A stretch of 64,000 nucleotides of DNA from assembly GCA_963667725.2 (NCBI GenBank), contig CAXXHO010000005.1, forward strand, positions 800,001 to 864,000, given 5' to 3'. The notes below the pieces were generated by a model. It was not told the DNA's origin. It searched no databases and saw nothing but the letters and a program-made list of their open reading frames with translations. This DNA comes from Treponemataceae bacterium (GTDB lineage: Bacteria > Spirochaetota > Spirochaetia > Treponematales > Rectinemataceae). This document shows, in pieces, positions 37,189-46,257 of the stretch (the stretch's first letter is position 1; each line of letters starts with the position of its first letter). The position numbers were made by a program, and so were the translations under genes.

Positions 37189-38817
37189 TTATTTAATCAG
37201 CTTTATCACGTTTTCGGCCACGTACCACTTCGAGCCATTGAAAACCGCCACGCCCTCCGAATCCACCGCCTCGCCGTTCAGAGAGACGACGCTCTTGTTG
37301 CGGGGTATGCGCAGCGTTTTATCACCCTTGACGGCGACGAGTACGATGTTTTCCGGATCGGTCTTGTCCACCGAAACGGTGGCGCCTATCTTGGAGAACA
37401 TCGAGACCGCGTCCTGGAAGAGGCGGGAGGTCGTCGCCTCGAGATCGACGTTCATCGTCGCGGCCATATAGGTCGCGATATCGGTGTTCCTCACCAGGCC
37501 GGAGAGTCTTTTGCCGAATGGATCGTAGCCGTACAGGACGACATCCTCGCCGGTATGTCCGTTGGTGGTGAAACCGATCTTCGCGCGGGCGGCGACCATG
37601 GGACCGATCGCGTAATTCAGGGAACCGGACTTCGCGGCGGCAAGCGCGGCGACCTCGGCGTCCGTCAGGTCGGAGATTCCCATGTAGGCGGCGACGACTT
37701 CCTTTATCGCCTCTTCCTTGGAACGATCGGCAGCCTTGGCCGCGAGCGTCGCCGCGAGCGCCGCCTCGAGCCCTTCGCCGGTGAGGCTCGCTTTCTTGAG
37801 CGGATTGATGAAGGTGGTCCAGGAGGTCTTGTCGTAGCCGGAACTGATCGAGCGATCCCCTATCGAGATGCCCGAATTGCCATGGTCGGTAGCGGCGATG
37901 ACGACGGTGTTGCCGTCCTGTTTCGCGAAGTCGAGGGCCGCCTTCACCGCGTCGTCGAAGGCGATTATATCGGTGACGAGTGCGACTGGATCGTTCGCGT
38001 GCGCCGCCCAGTCGATCTTGGAGCCTTCCACCATGAGGAAAAATCCTTTTTTATTGGACGAGAGGATTTCGATGGCTTTAGCCGTCATTCTGGCGAGCGA
38101 GGGTTCGTTTCCCGAATCCCTGTCGATGTCGTAGGACATCGCGGTGGCCGTCTTGTTCTTGCCGAAGGTGCCGACGAGCCTGTCGCCCCTGAAAGCGCGC
38201 AAGTCCGAGGCGTTGTCCACGTAGCCATAGCCCCGCGACGCGAGAATGGCTTTCATGTCCTCTTTATCTTTTCTGGCTTCCGCGTTCAGGTAAGGCGTTC
38301 CGCCGCCGAGGATTACGTTGAGCCCGTTGTAGACAATCTGTTCGGTCAGGTTGTCGTAATTGGAGCGGGAGGGATCGTGGGCGCTGAAATCGGCCGGCGT
38401 CGCGTGCATGAACTCGCTTGTGCTGATTATGCCTGTAGAGCGGCCGCTCAGGCGCGCGGCCTCGAGAATCGTCGCCACCGGGCGCGATTCATCGGCCTCG
38501 GGAACCGCGACCCCGGGAAGCAGGTACAGCTTGCCTATGCTTGCCACGTTCCCTGTCTGGGAAGCCCAGCCGGTGGCAAAGGCCGATCCCGCGGGCGCGG
38601 AATCGGCGATGGTCCCATCTGAACTCCATGTGCTCACGAGACCGCAGGCTATCTCATCCAGGGCCAGCGGCGCTCCTTTATAGAACCTGGCCAGGGTAGT
38701 GCCCGCCACGCTCATGCCGTCCGGGATGAGCATTATCACGTTCTGGGCGAAAGCCCGCGTTCCCATGCCCAGAATCAGCATCGCCAAGACGACCCCGTTC
38801 TTCATGTTTCTTCTCAT
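37189..38817 (-). CDS. phoA: Alkaline phosphatase (PhoA family), exported
   Basis: NVIMLIPDGM, ADSAPAG catalytic Ser, HATPA, FFLMVEGSKIDWAAHAND, TDH, GHTGEDV. Confidence 0.9.
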   Translation of the reverse strand: MRRNMKNGVVLAMLILGMGTRAFAQNVIMLIPDGMSVAGTTLARFYKGAPLALDEIACGLVSTWSSDGTIADSAPAGSAFATGWASQTGNVASIGKLYLLPGVAVPEADESRPVATILEAARLSGRSTGIISTSEFMHATPADFSAHDPSRSNYDNLTEQIVYNGLNVILGGGTPYLNAEARKDKEDMKAILASRGYGYVDNASDLRAFRGDRLVGTFGKNKTATAMSYDIDRDSGNEPSLARMTAKAIEILSSNKKGFFLMVEGSKIDWAAHANDPVALVTDIIAFDDAVKAALDFAKQDGNTVVIAATDHGNSGISIGDRSISSGYDKTSWTTFINPLKKASLTGEGLEAALAATLAAKAADRSKEEAIKEVVAAYMGISDLTDAEVAALAAAKSGSLNYAIGPMVAARAKIGFTTNGHTGEDVVLYGYDPFGKRLSGLVRNTDIATYMAATMNVDLEATTSRLFQDAVSMFSKIGATVSVDKTDPENIVLVAVKGDKTLRIPRNKSVVSLNGEAVDSEGVAVFNGSKWYVAENVIKLIK

Positions 38818-38936
38818 TTTCACTCCTTATCCCCGCAGGGGTTGGCTGAGAATAGCTTGTGAATGTTAAAGGTCCTTTTCGTTTCCATGAAAAATTGGTA
38901 AATACGACGACACGCAATCGAAGCGATGAGAAATCC

Positions 38937-39800
38937 CTATGGCCAGTTGGGCGTCGCGGTTCTGTATATGTTCCAGGATCCGGTAAACGCGTTGGAGTCC
39001 AGGGTTATGGCCGTCTGGGCCAATAGCCTGCCGTTGACAACCGCCCCTGTGTTCACTTCAATTAGGGTTTTGCACAGGATGATTCCCTTGAAATCCGATG
39101 TGGTTCCCAAGGTGGTCTGTCCAGCGACCGGCCAGAAAACGTTCTTGGCCACAGCTCCGCCGCTCAACGTTACCATGGCGCCATTTCCCACGGTGAGATC
39201 CTGCGCTATCTAGAATATCCAGACATCGTTGGCGCCACCGGAGAGCGTGCGTCCCGACGCGTCGGTATAGGCAGTTTCCATGTCGCCTATGGCCGTCGTC
39301 AGGTTGGCCGGCGTAGGAACCGCATAATCTGCGGCGTAGATGCTTCCCGTGACGAAGGGCGATGTCGAGAAGACGTTAGTCGCATCCATTGAGAGCGAGA
39401 AGCCTGTGATGTAAGTGGCGGCGGCCGGGCTTACGCCGATGTCACCGGTGATGGCCGTCGTTCCGGAGGTTCCGAGTTCGACAGGCGACGGACCGGCAGC
39501 CATATTGACCCCTGTCGTGAAGTTCCAAACGTATTCCGCTTCCATCGCGTTGCCGGCAAGATCCTTGACGGCGACCGTCATAGTCGCCGTATAGAGGGTG
39601 CTGCTCGCAAGTTCGCTTTCAGGAGCGAGGGTAGCCACGAGATCTTCATAGGAGACCGCAGATGGAATGGGGGTAAGACCCTGAGCCAAGGAGAATGATA
39701 CGACATCCACGGTCGCGGCATCGTCGGTGGTTACAGGGTTAGCGCACCCGAAAACGAGCAAAGCCGCAAGAAAAATAGGTATAAAACAAAACTTTTTCAT
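38937..39800 (-). pseudogene. Degenerate Ig-like + DUF3494 (ice-binding-like) lipoprotein gene
   Basis: Lipobox VFGC; aligns with 41135-42214 but has three in-frame deletions and a TAG at 39210-39212 replacing Q of WIFQI; the frame continues to 38937. Confidence 0.8.
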
Positions 39801-39825
39801 ACAACGCACCTCCTGATCAGTGCCA

Positions 39826-40173
39826 TCAATGAATCGTGTTGGCGCCGAGGGTGACAGTCGCTGTGTATTCTGTGCTTGCCGCAAGGTCAGCGTTCGGGTT
39901 GAAAGTCGCTACCTTGGCCGCGTAGCTCACGACGCCGGCTACGGGAGTGACTCCCTGGGCAAGAGTAAAGGTAAGATCAGTAATCGTCGCCGAATCCATA
40001 TCTTCATCAAAGGTCGCCGTAACGCTGGCATTTCTCTCTACCGCGACCGCCGCATCGGCTGGACCCGTGGAGCCGATAGTGGGTGGAGTAAGGTCTTCTA
40101 TGTCCATGGGTGTATTGCAGCCGAACATCGCAAAGGCTGCCAATAGCAGCCCGATCAAAACTAATTTTCTCAC
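39826..40173 (-). CDS. Lipoprotein with a single, C-terminally truncated bacterial Ig-like domain
   Basis: GTG start after AAGGAG; lipobox MFGC; TPPTIGSTGPAD...ATFDEDMD...TFNPNADL, ending before the DLAGN strand seen in its paralogues. Confidence 0.7.
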   Translation of the reverse strand: MRKLVLIGLLLAAFAMFGCNTPMDIEDLTPPTIGSTGPADAAVAVERNASVTATFDEDMDSATITDLTFTLAQGVTPVAGVVSYAAKVATFNPNADLAASTEYTATVTLGANTIH

Positions 40174-40223
40174 ATTATGTATCTCCTTATAGTTACAAAA
40201 TACGCCTCTTCCGAAAGTCGGCC

Positions 40224-40315
40224 TGTTTGCCAGCACGCATAGGACATCTTCGCAACTCTTCATATGTAAATAAAATATTTACGTTACTTTCGCATCATCT
40301 GTGGGCTGTCGCATA
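40224..40315 (-). promoter_or_regulatory. Two Crp-family operator-like sites
   Basis: Minus-strand TGCGTGCTGGCAAACA (40224-40239) with TATTTT 21 bp downstream (40197-40202); minus-strand TATGCGACAGCCCACA (40300-40315). Confidence 0.55.
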
Positions 40316-40363
40316 GACTGAGCCTAGCGGCGAGCCGTATGGTTACTTCCAGAAAAGGATTGA

Positions 40364-40492
40364 TTCCAAGGAATCGTGCTCTGTCAGACCGCGATCCATC
40401 CGGGAACCGGGGTTAGCGCCAATGGCAGGCTTCTGTCGCAGACGGCCGTGACCATTGACGGCAGTACGGTGGATGAGCCCTCTATGCAATAG
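40364..40492 (+). pseudogene. Orphan C-terminal fragment of a DUF3494 gene
   Basis: Translates FQGIVLCQTAIHPGTGVSANGRLLSQTAVTIDGSTVDEPSMQ*, matching the end of 41135-42214; no start codon or RBS. Confidence 0.8.
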
Positions 40493-40517
40493 CCGAAATA
40501 ATCCAACCACTGAGTAC

Positions 40518-40569
40518 GCAGATAAAAGGCGGGACCGGGGCGAATGCCCCGGTCCCGCCTTTTATCTGC
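40518..40569. terminator. Bidirectional terminator, perfect 24-bp inverted repeat
   Basis: GCAGATAAAAGGCGGGACCGGGGC-GAAT-GCCCCGGTCCCGCCTTTTATCTGC. Confidence 0.8.
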
Positions 40570-40592
40570 CGCGCGAGTGTCCTTAGTAAGGT

Positions 40593-40937
40593 TTATTGTC
40601 GCGCGAACTCGCGAACAAGTCCGCCACCCGAAGGCGTCAATGTCATGATAGAATTCCCGCTATTGAAGGAATAGATTTCGACCTGGTCCTCCGAAGATCC
40701 GGCCCACGTCACTGTCAGTGTGGTACTGTCGGAAACCCATGTGCCCGTGGTGACAACACCCACGCTCAAAACCGTCGTTGTCCCAAGGCTGGTACCATCA
40801 GCATTAAAGTCATAATTCGTGGTTACCCCCAATGTTGTGTTTTCCCATACCCCTACGATCGGGTTGAATATTGAAGTAAGTGTGCAGCCCGAAATTACAA
40901 GTACGACAACTAATGCGAAAACAATGCGTTTTTTCAT
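40593..40937 (-). CDS. Small beta-rich lipoprotein (lipocalin-like)
   Basis: Lipobox ISGC, IVGVW, FNADGT and GTW motifs; GGAGG RBS before the ATG at 40937. Confidence 0.7.
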   Translation of the reverse strand: MKKRIVFALVVVLVISGCTLTSIFNPIVGVWENTTLGVTTNYDFNADGTSLGTTTVLSVGVVTTGTWVSDSTTLTVTWAGSSEDQVEIYSFNSGNSIMTLTPSGGGLVREFARQ

Positions 40938-41001
40938 AAAAATCCTCCGATTTTTACTTCTTTGACCTAAATAGACTATAGACACAACGAAGAACAACAT
41001 C

Positions 41002-41043
41002 TGTGCGGCAGCGCACATACTGATCTATGTGTGCTGCCGCACA
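41002..41043. promoter_or_regulatory. Back-to-back Crp-family operators driving divergent promoters
   Basis: TGTGCGGCAGCGCACA (41002-41017) and TGTGTGCTGCCGCACA (41028-41043); each has a -10-like hexamer 21 bp outward (minus-strand TATAGT 40975-40980; TATTCT 41065-41070). Confidence 0.75.
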
Positions 41044-41134
41044 GACCTTCCCTATTCAAATGCCTATTCTTTGAACATAGCGAAGGGCATACGACCATGA
41101 AATTTACCGCCCCTCTTTATCAAGGAGAACTTCC

Positions 41135-42214
41135 ATGAAAAAAATCGTAACATTAATGCTTCTATTGACGATCCTGTTCGTTTTTGGCTGCGCCAATCCA
41201 ATCATCGACGGAGAGACTGTCGCGCCGACGGTCAGTTCAACGCAGCCTGCCAGCGACGCCACGGCCGTCGCCAGAAATACGACCCTTACGGTGACCTTCA
41301 GCGAGGAAATGGATCCAGTGACTCTCAACGCAACATCTTTCACCTTATCGGAAGGATCGAATACGGTAGGCGGATCGGTGAGCACAACAGGCACCATCAC
41401 GAGCTTTAACCCAACATCAGACCTTGCGGCAAACACGCTCTACACGGCGACGGTTACCGTCGCGGCAACGGATCTGGCCGGCAATGCCTTGGCCGCGCAA
41501 AAGGTATGGAGCTTCACCACAGGCGGTACATCAGCCGCCGGTCCCGCGGTCGTCAATCTCGGAACGGCGCTGGATTTCGTCATTCTAGCCAAGTCAGGCA
41601 TCGCTACGATTCCGACTTCCGCCATAACCGGTAATATCGGCGTAAGCCCAATAGACCAAACGGCCATCACAGGCTTCTCGCTTGTCATGGATGCTTCGGA
41701 TACCTTTGCCACTTCATCCCAGATTACCGGAAGAGCCTACGCGGCAGACTATATTTCGCCCACTCCTTCCAAGATGACGACAGCCATCAGCGACATGGAA
41801 ACCGCCTACACCGATGCCGCGGGACGCGCGACGCCAGACTTCATCGAACTCGGCAGCGGCCAGATCGGCGGGCTCACCCTCGTTCCTGGACTCTACAAAT
41901 GGGGCACCAATGTCCTGATATCGACCGATGTCACCCTCTCGGGCAGCGCTAGCGATGTCTGGATCTTCCAGATTTCAGGCGGAATCACCCAGGCCTCAGG
42001 AATCACTGTCCACCTCGCGGGCGGCGCCCTTGCCAAAAATATTTTCTGGCAAACTTTTGGCCCAGTGGCTCTCGATACCACTGCACACTTTGAAGGCGTG
42101 ATAATCTCATCCACCGATATCACCCTGGCCACCGGGGCTTCCATCAATGGAAGGCTCCTCTCCCAGACCGCCGTCACGCTCGATTCGAGCACGGTTGTTC
42201 AGCCCGCGCTGTAA
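41135..42214 (+). CDS. Lipoprotein with an Ig-like domain and a DUF3494 ice-binding-like domain
   Basis: Lipobox VFGC; APTVSST.P...TFSEEMD...DLAGN; FVILAKSGI, AYTDAAGR, TLVPGLYKW, VWIFQI, NIFWQ, NGRLLSQTAVTLD. Confidence 0.9.
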   Translation: MKKIVTLMLLLTILFVFGCANPIIDGETVAPTVSSTQPASDATAVARNTTLTVTFSEEMDPVTLNATSFTLSEGSNTVGGSVSTTGTITSFNPTSDLAANTLYTATVTVAATDLAGNALAAQKVWSFTTGGTSAAGPAVVNLGTALDFVILAKSGIATIPTSAITGNIGVSPIDQTAITGFSLVMDASDTFATSSQITGRAYAADYISPTPSKMTTAISDMETAYTDAAGRATPDFIELGSGQIGGLTLVPGLYKWGTNVLISTDVTLSGSASDVWIFQISGGITQASGITVHLAGGALAKNIFWQTFGPVALDTTAHFEGVIISSTDITLATGASINGRLLSQTAVTLDSSTVVQPAL

Positions 42215-42255
42215 AAGATTATTTTTGAGTTGATGTATTAGTGCTAGAATAATTT

Positions 42256-42290
42256 GGGGCGCCTGCTGAGAATCAGCGGGCGCCCCTTTA
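42256..42290 (+). terminator. Intrinsic terminator
   Basis: GGGGCGCCTGCTGA-GAA-TCAGCGGGCGCCCC followed by TTTA. Confidence 0.7.
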
Positions 42291-42311
42291 TTTGCCGGAA
42301 ATCGGTAGTTG

Positions 42312-43067
42312 TTATATTGCGGTGATATCAGGCAGGAGACGGATGAACTCTTCCTTCACGACTTTATAGCATTCACATACTCGGGCTTCGAGCCCTGGCC
42401 TATCCAGAACGGTGAGGCATCCACGGCTGTAACTTATCAAGCCGGCATCCTGCAATTTTCCCGCGGCCTCGGTTACGCCTTCGCGTCGCACCCCAAGCAT
42501 GTCCGCGATCAATTCCTGTGTCATATTGAGAACATTTCCGGAGAGTCTGTCCATGCTCAGCAAGAGCCAACGGCACAGTTGCTGATCGATGCTGTGGTGC
42601 CTGTTGCAGATGGCGGTCTGGGCCATCTGGGAAAGCAATGCCATTATGTACCGCATGAAAAGATGCTGCATGGCCGGATCGCGGTCGAATTCCCGTTTCA
42701 ACAGATCGCCGGGCAAGCGATAGGCGGTTCCTTCGCTCTGAACCAGCGCACGGCTCAGCATCGACGCTCCTCCCATGAACAGGGCCACACCCACGACACC
42801 TTCCCTGCCAACAACGGCGATTTCTGCGGTGGAACCGTTTTCTAGCACGTTCAGCAGCGACACGATCGCGGTGGTAGGGAAATAAATGTAATGAGATTTG
42901 CCGCCCGCCTCGCTGATAGTCTCTCCCAGGGCGAGCTGTACGCGTTCAAGGTGGGGCAGGACTCTTTGATACTCAAGCTCGGGAAGGGCCGCGAGCAGAT
43001 GGTTTTGACGAGGATTGGGAGCGTAGGGCGGGCTCGATAAAATGGCCAAAAAACCCCTCCTTGCCAT
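42312..43067 (-). CDS. Crp/Fnr-family transcriptional regulator
   Basis: cNMP-binding-like N-terminal domain (AEIAVVGREG) and HTH MTQELIADMLGVRREGVTEAA. Confidence 0.93.
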   Translation of the reverse strand: MARRGFLAILSSPPYAPNPRQNHLLAALPELEYQRVLPHLERVQLALGETISEAGGKSHYIYFPTTAIVSLLNVLENGSTAEIAVVGREGVVGVALFMGGASMLSRALVQSEGTAYRLPGDLLKREFDRDPAMQHLFMRYIMALLSQMAQTAICNRHHSIDQQLCRWLLLSMDRLSGNVLNMTQELIADMLGVRREGVTEAAGKLQDAGLISYSRGCLTVLDRPGLEARVCECYKVVKEEFIRLLPDITAI

Positions 43068-43150
43068 TTATTTCATTTATTGGACAATATTTTCGCAAGT
43101 CAGAGCAAAGATGTCAATATATAAAAAATAAGGACTCGTCGACAACGCTA

Positions 43151-43193
43151 TGTGCGCTACCGCACAGATGGGCGCTCTTTTCGTCGATAGCCT
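43151..43193 (+). promoter_or_regulatory. Crp-family operator with a class II-like promoter
   Basis: Consensus site TGTGCGCTACCGCACA (43151-43166), then TAGCCT 21 bp downstream (43188-43193). Confidence 0.75.
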
Positions 43194-43210
43194 CAACTGG
43201 ATGAAGGAGG

Positions 43211-44740
43211 ATGCTCTTGAACCAGCTCCTGCGTATTCTCATAATCGATGATTCGGAAGACGATGCCAACCTTATACAGCAAGCACTCCAAATCGGCGGC
43301 TATGATGCGATTTCCGAAATTGTCGATTCTTCAGAGGATATGCTTGTCGCCTTGCAGCATCAGAATTGGGATGTCATTACATCCGACCATGGTATGCCCC
43401 ATTTCAGCGCTCCGGTGGCGCTTAAGATCGCCACGGAAAGATGCCCTCTCGTGCCATTCATCATCGTTTCAGGGGAAATCGACCTCAATCTTGCCGTATC
43501 CCTCATGAGAACTGGCGCCAAAGACTACATCACAAAAACGGAGCTATCCCGATTGGTTCCGGTGATCGAGCGCGAACTCCACGAAGTAAAACTGCGCAAG
43601 GAAATCCAGAAGATAGAGAGCGCCCTAAAGCGCTCGGAAACCCGTTACCGGCGGCTCTTCGAGACCGCCGAGGACGGGATATTGATACTCGACGCGATAA
43701 CGGGCCAAATCCTCGACGTAAACCCTTTCCTCATCAAGATATTAGGATATTCCAAGGATGATTTTCTGGGAAAGATGCTTTGGAATCTTGGCTTTTTCCA
43801 CGACGAGGAAGAGTCGAAAAAAGCTTTTGCCGAACTACAGGAAAAAGGCTACATCCGTTACGAAAACCTTCCCCTGGAAACAAGCAGCGGGAAAAAGATA
43901 TCCGTCGAGTTCGTCAGCAATACCTATATGGTCAACGATATGAAGGTTGCCCAATGCAACATACGCGACATATCCGAACATCTGAAAGACGAAAAGGAAA
44001 TCAACAAGCTCAATTCGGAATTGGAGCAGCGCGTAAGGGAACGAACCCAGCAGCTAGAAGCCCTCAACAAAGAACTCGAAGCCTTCGGCTATTCCGTATC
44101 CCACGATCTGCGCGCCCCGCTGCGGCGCATCATGATGTATACGACGGCCCTGAAGGAAGACATCAAGACCAAGCAATGCGCCGGAAGCGGCGAGCTAATT
44201 GAAAAAATCAACAGCAACACGCAGAGGATGGACAAGCTCATCGGCGCTTTGCTGGACCTTTCGCACTTAACGCGTCAACCCTTAAAACATAATACTGTGG
44301 ATTTGAGCGGCCTCGCCCACAGCATAGCCAACGAACTGACGCAGAGCCAACCCGATCGCAACGTCGTCTTTATCATCGCCGATGGAATAAAAGTCAACGG
44401 AGACAGCCAACTGCTGCGCAGCGTAATGGAGAACCTCCTGGGCAATTCCTGGAAATACACTTCCAAGAAGGCCACCGCCACCATTCAGTTTGGCGTAACG
44501 CAGCATGCCTCAGGCGGCGATGTCTATTTCGTGAAGGATGACGGCGCCGGTTTTGACATGGCCTATGCCAACAAGCTGTTCGGAGCTTTCCAGCGATTGC
44601 ATAGCGAAAAGGAATTCCCCGGGATCGGCATCGGGCTGGCGACCGTTCAGAGAATAATCAACAGTCACAAGGGGCAAGTCTGGGCCGAGAGCGTCATGGG
44701 AGAAAGCACCATATTCCGCTTTACGCTCGGAAAAGAATAG
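43211..44740 (+). CDS. Cytoplasmic hybrid kinase: receiver-PAS-HisKA-HATPase
   Basis: ILIIDDS receiver, PAS (RYRRLFETAEDG), H-box SVSHDLRAPL, KLFGAFQRLH, GIGIGL. Confidence 0.92.
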   Translation: MLLNQLLRILIIDDSEDDANLIQQALQIGGYDAISEIVDSSEDMLVALQHQNWDVITSDHGMPHFSAPVALKIATERCPLVPFIIVSGEIDLNLAVSLMRTGAKDYITKTELSRLVPVIERELHEVKLRKEIQKIESALKRSETRYRRLFETAEDGILILDAITGQILDVNPFLIKILGYSKDDFLGKMLWNLGFFHDEEESKKAFAELQEKGYIRYENLPLETSSGKKISVEFVSNTYMVNDMKVAQCNIRDISEHLKDEKEINKLNSELEQRVRERTQQLEALNKELEAFGYSVSHDLRAPLRRIMMYTTALKEDIKTKQCAGSGELIEKINSNTQRMDKLIGALLDLSHLTRQPLKHNTVDLSGLAHSIANELTQSQPDRNVVFIIADGIKVNGDSQLLRSVMENLLGNSWKYTSKKATATIQFGVTQHASGGDVYFVKDDGAGFDMAYANKLFGAFQRLHSEKEFPGIGIGLATVQRIINSHKGQVWAESVMGESTIFRFTLGKE

Positions 44741-44841
44741 AAAGCCGGCCTCGCGCGGCTTCGGAATTCCATTGCGATCGCTCAAGAAGATCGGTACAAT
44801 TCCTTGAGATATGCCATTGACGGCATGCGCAAGGAGTCTCG

Positions 44842-46257
44842 ATGATCCAACGACCGCACAGTATCTTCCTGGCGGGAGAAAAGCCCCGCCTTGTCGAAAT
44901 AATCCAAAACCTCGCTCCGGAATTCGACTACATCAGCGTACTGGGAACCGACGACCGCGGGTTGTCCTATTACGCGACGCCCGGAGAAACCCGGACCGCG
45001 GAACCCATGTGGGTCCAGCGCGGTTTCGTGTTCAGGGCGCAGGACGAAGGCAAGGTTGTCGAATACGCCTGCCCGCTCCTTCCGGGCAAGGAACCGGCCG
45101 AATCGGCTGAGATCGTGTCGAAGGAGCTCAGGAAACTGCTCGATGGGGAAAGCGCCCTGCGCTATCCGCCCATTCCCGACGAAGCCCTCGTCGAGGAATT
45201 CCACGGCTCCATCGAGGAAGACCCCTTCGCCGCCGATCCCGAGGCTGTATTGTCCCGCCTTGCGGCGATACGGGAAAAGCTTACCGACGGCAAGATCGTC
45301 GTGATGGCCCAGTCCCGTTACGAATTCGTCGACGTATCCAGGATCTTCATTTCGCCCCGCCGCTCCCTTTTCCAGAGTTTTGCCTGGTCCCAGGCCTATC
45401 TCTTCGGCGTCGCGCGCAAAGGCCAGAGCTCCAAGATGTCCTATCGCCCCGTTTCGGGCAGAAAGGGTCTGGAAATTCTCAACGAGCTGGAAGGCAAAGC
45501 GCCGGAACTCACCGCTGAGTTGGCCTCCCTCCTCGATGCCGTCAGAATCGAGCCGGGTGAATATCAGGTCATCCTCGATTCCGACATGACGGGCACCCTA
45601 GCGCACGAAGCCTTCGGTCACGGCGTCGAAACCGACATGTTCCTCAAGGGCAGGGCGAAAGCCGTCGAATACCTCGGCAAGCGCGTCGGTTCTGATCTCG
45701 TGACGATGTACGACGGCGCGGACGGCGTCGATCAGTGCGGCTCCTTCCTCTTCGATGACGAGGGAACCAAGGCCACGAAGACGAAAATCATCGACAAAGG
45801 CATTCTTCTCGGAGGCATCTCGGACGCGCTCTCGGCCCTCACCCTCGGCATCCCCCTGACCGGAAACGGCCGGCGCGAGGCATTTTCCCACAAGGCATAC
45901 GCCAGGATGACGAATACATATTTCGCGCCGGGCTCATCGAAGCTCCAGGACATGATTTCTTCCGTCAAAAAAGGATGGATGCTCTCCCGGCTCACCTCGG
46001 GCATGGAAGATCCCCGCAATTGGGGCATACAGCTTCTCTGCCTAGTCGGCAGGGAAATCGTCGACGGCAAGTTCACCGGAAAGGTGGCGAGTCCTGTCGT
46101 CTGCTCGGGCTACGTCCCCGATGTCCTCCAGGCCATCGACATGGTTTCCGACGATTTCGAGCTCGCCGGTTCGGGGGCATGCGGCAAGGGACACAAGGAA
46201 TTGGCGAAGGTTTCTTCCGGCGGCCCCTGCGTCAGGACAAAGATGAGGTTGGGATGA
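44842..46257 (+). CDS. tldD: TldD-family metalloprotease
   Basis: LAHEAFGH, FDDEG, TGNGRR, RMTNTY, CGKG. Confidence 0.85.
   Translation: MIQRPHSIFLAGEKPRLVEIIQNLAPEFDYISVLGTDDRGLSYYATPGETRTAEPMWVQRGFVFRAQDEGKVVEYACPLLPGKEPAESAEIVSKELRKLLDGESALRYPPIPDEALVEEFHGSIEEDPFAADPEAVLSRLAAIREKLTDGKIVVMAQSRYEFVDVSRIFISPRRSLFQSFAWSQAYLFGVARKGQSSKMSYRPVSGRKGLEILNELEGKAPELTAELASLLDAVRIEPGEYQVILDSDMTGTLAHEAFGHGVETDMFLKGRAKAVEYLGKRVGSDLVTMYDGADGVDQCGSFLFDDEGTKATKTKIIDKGILLGGISDALSALTLGIPLTGNGRREAFSHKAYARMTNTYFAPGSSKLQDMISSVKKGWMLSRLTSGMEDPRNWGIQLLCLVGREIVDGKFTGKVASPVVCSGYVPDVLQAIDMVSDDFELAGSGACGKGHKELAKVSSGGPCVRTKMRLG

Noticed and set aside
37180..38622. 480-aa plus-strand ORF
   Set aside because: Antisense shadow of the alkaline phosphatase gene
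38860..38905. Pho-box-like repeats upstream of the alkaline phosphatase
   Set aside because: Too degenerate to separate from AT-rich background
39210..39212. Amber codon as possible pyrrolysine or recoded stop
   Set aside because: It replaces a conserved Gln by a single C-to-T change, the gene is otherwise decayed, TAG ends other genes here, and no pyl genes are in the window
40518..40569. MITE or REP element
   Set aside because: Single copy in the window, between convergent gene ends with A/T runs in both arms; a terminator explains it
45975..46253. N-terminal extension of the PmbA-like ORF
   Set aside because: Lies inside tldD; the ATGA overlap at 46254 is the more plausible start
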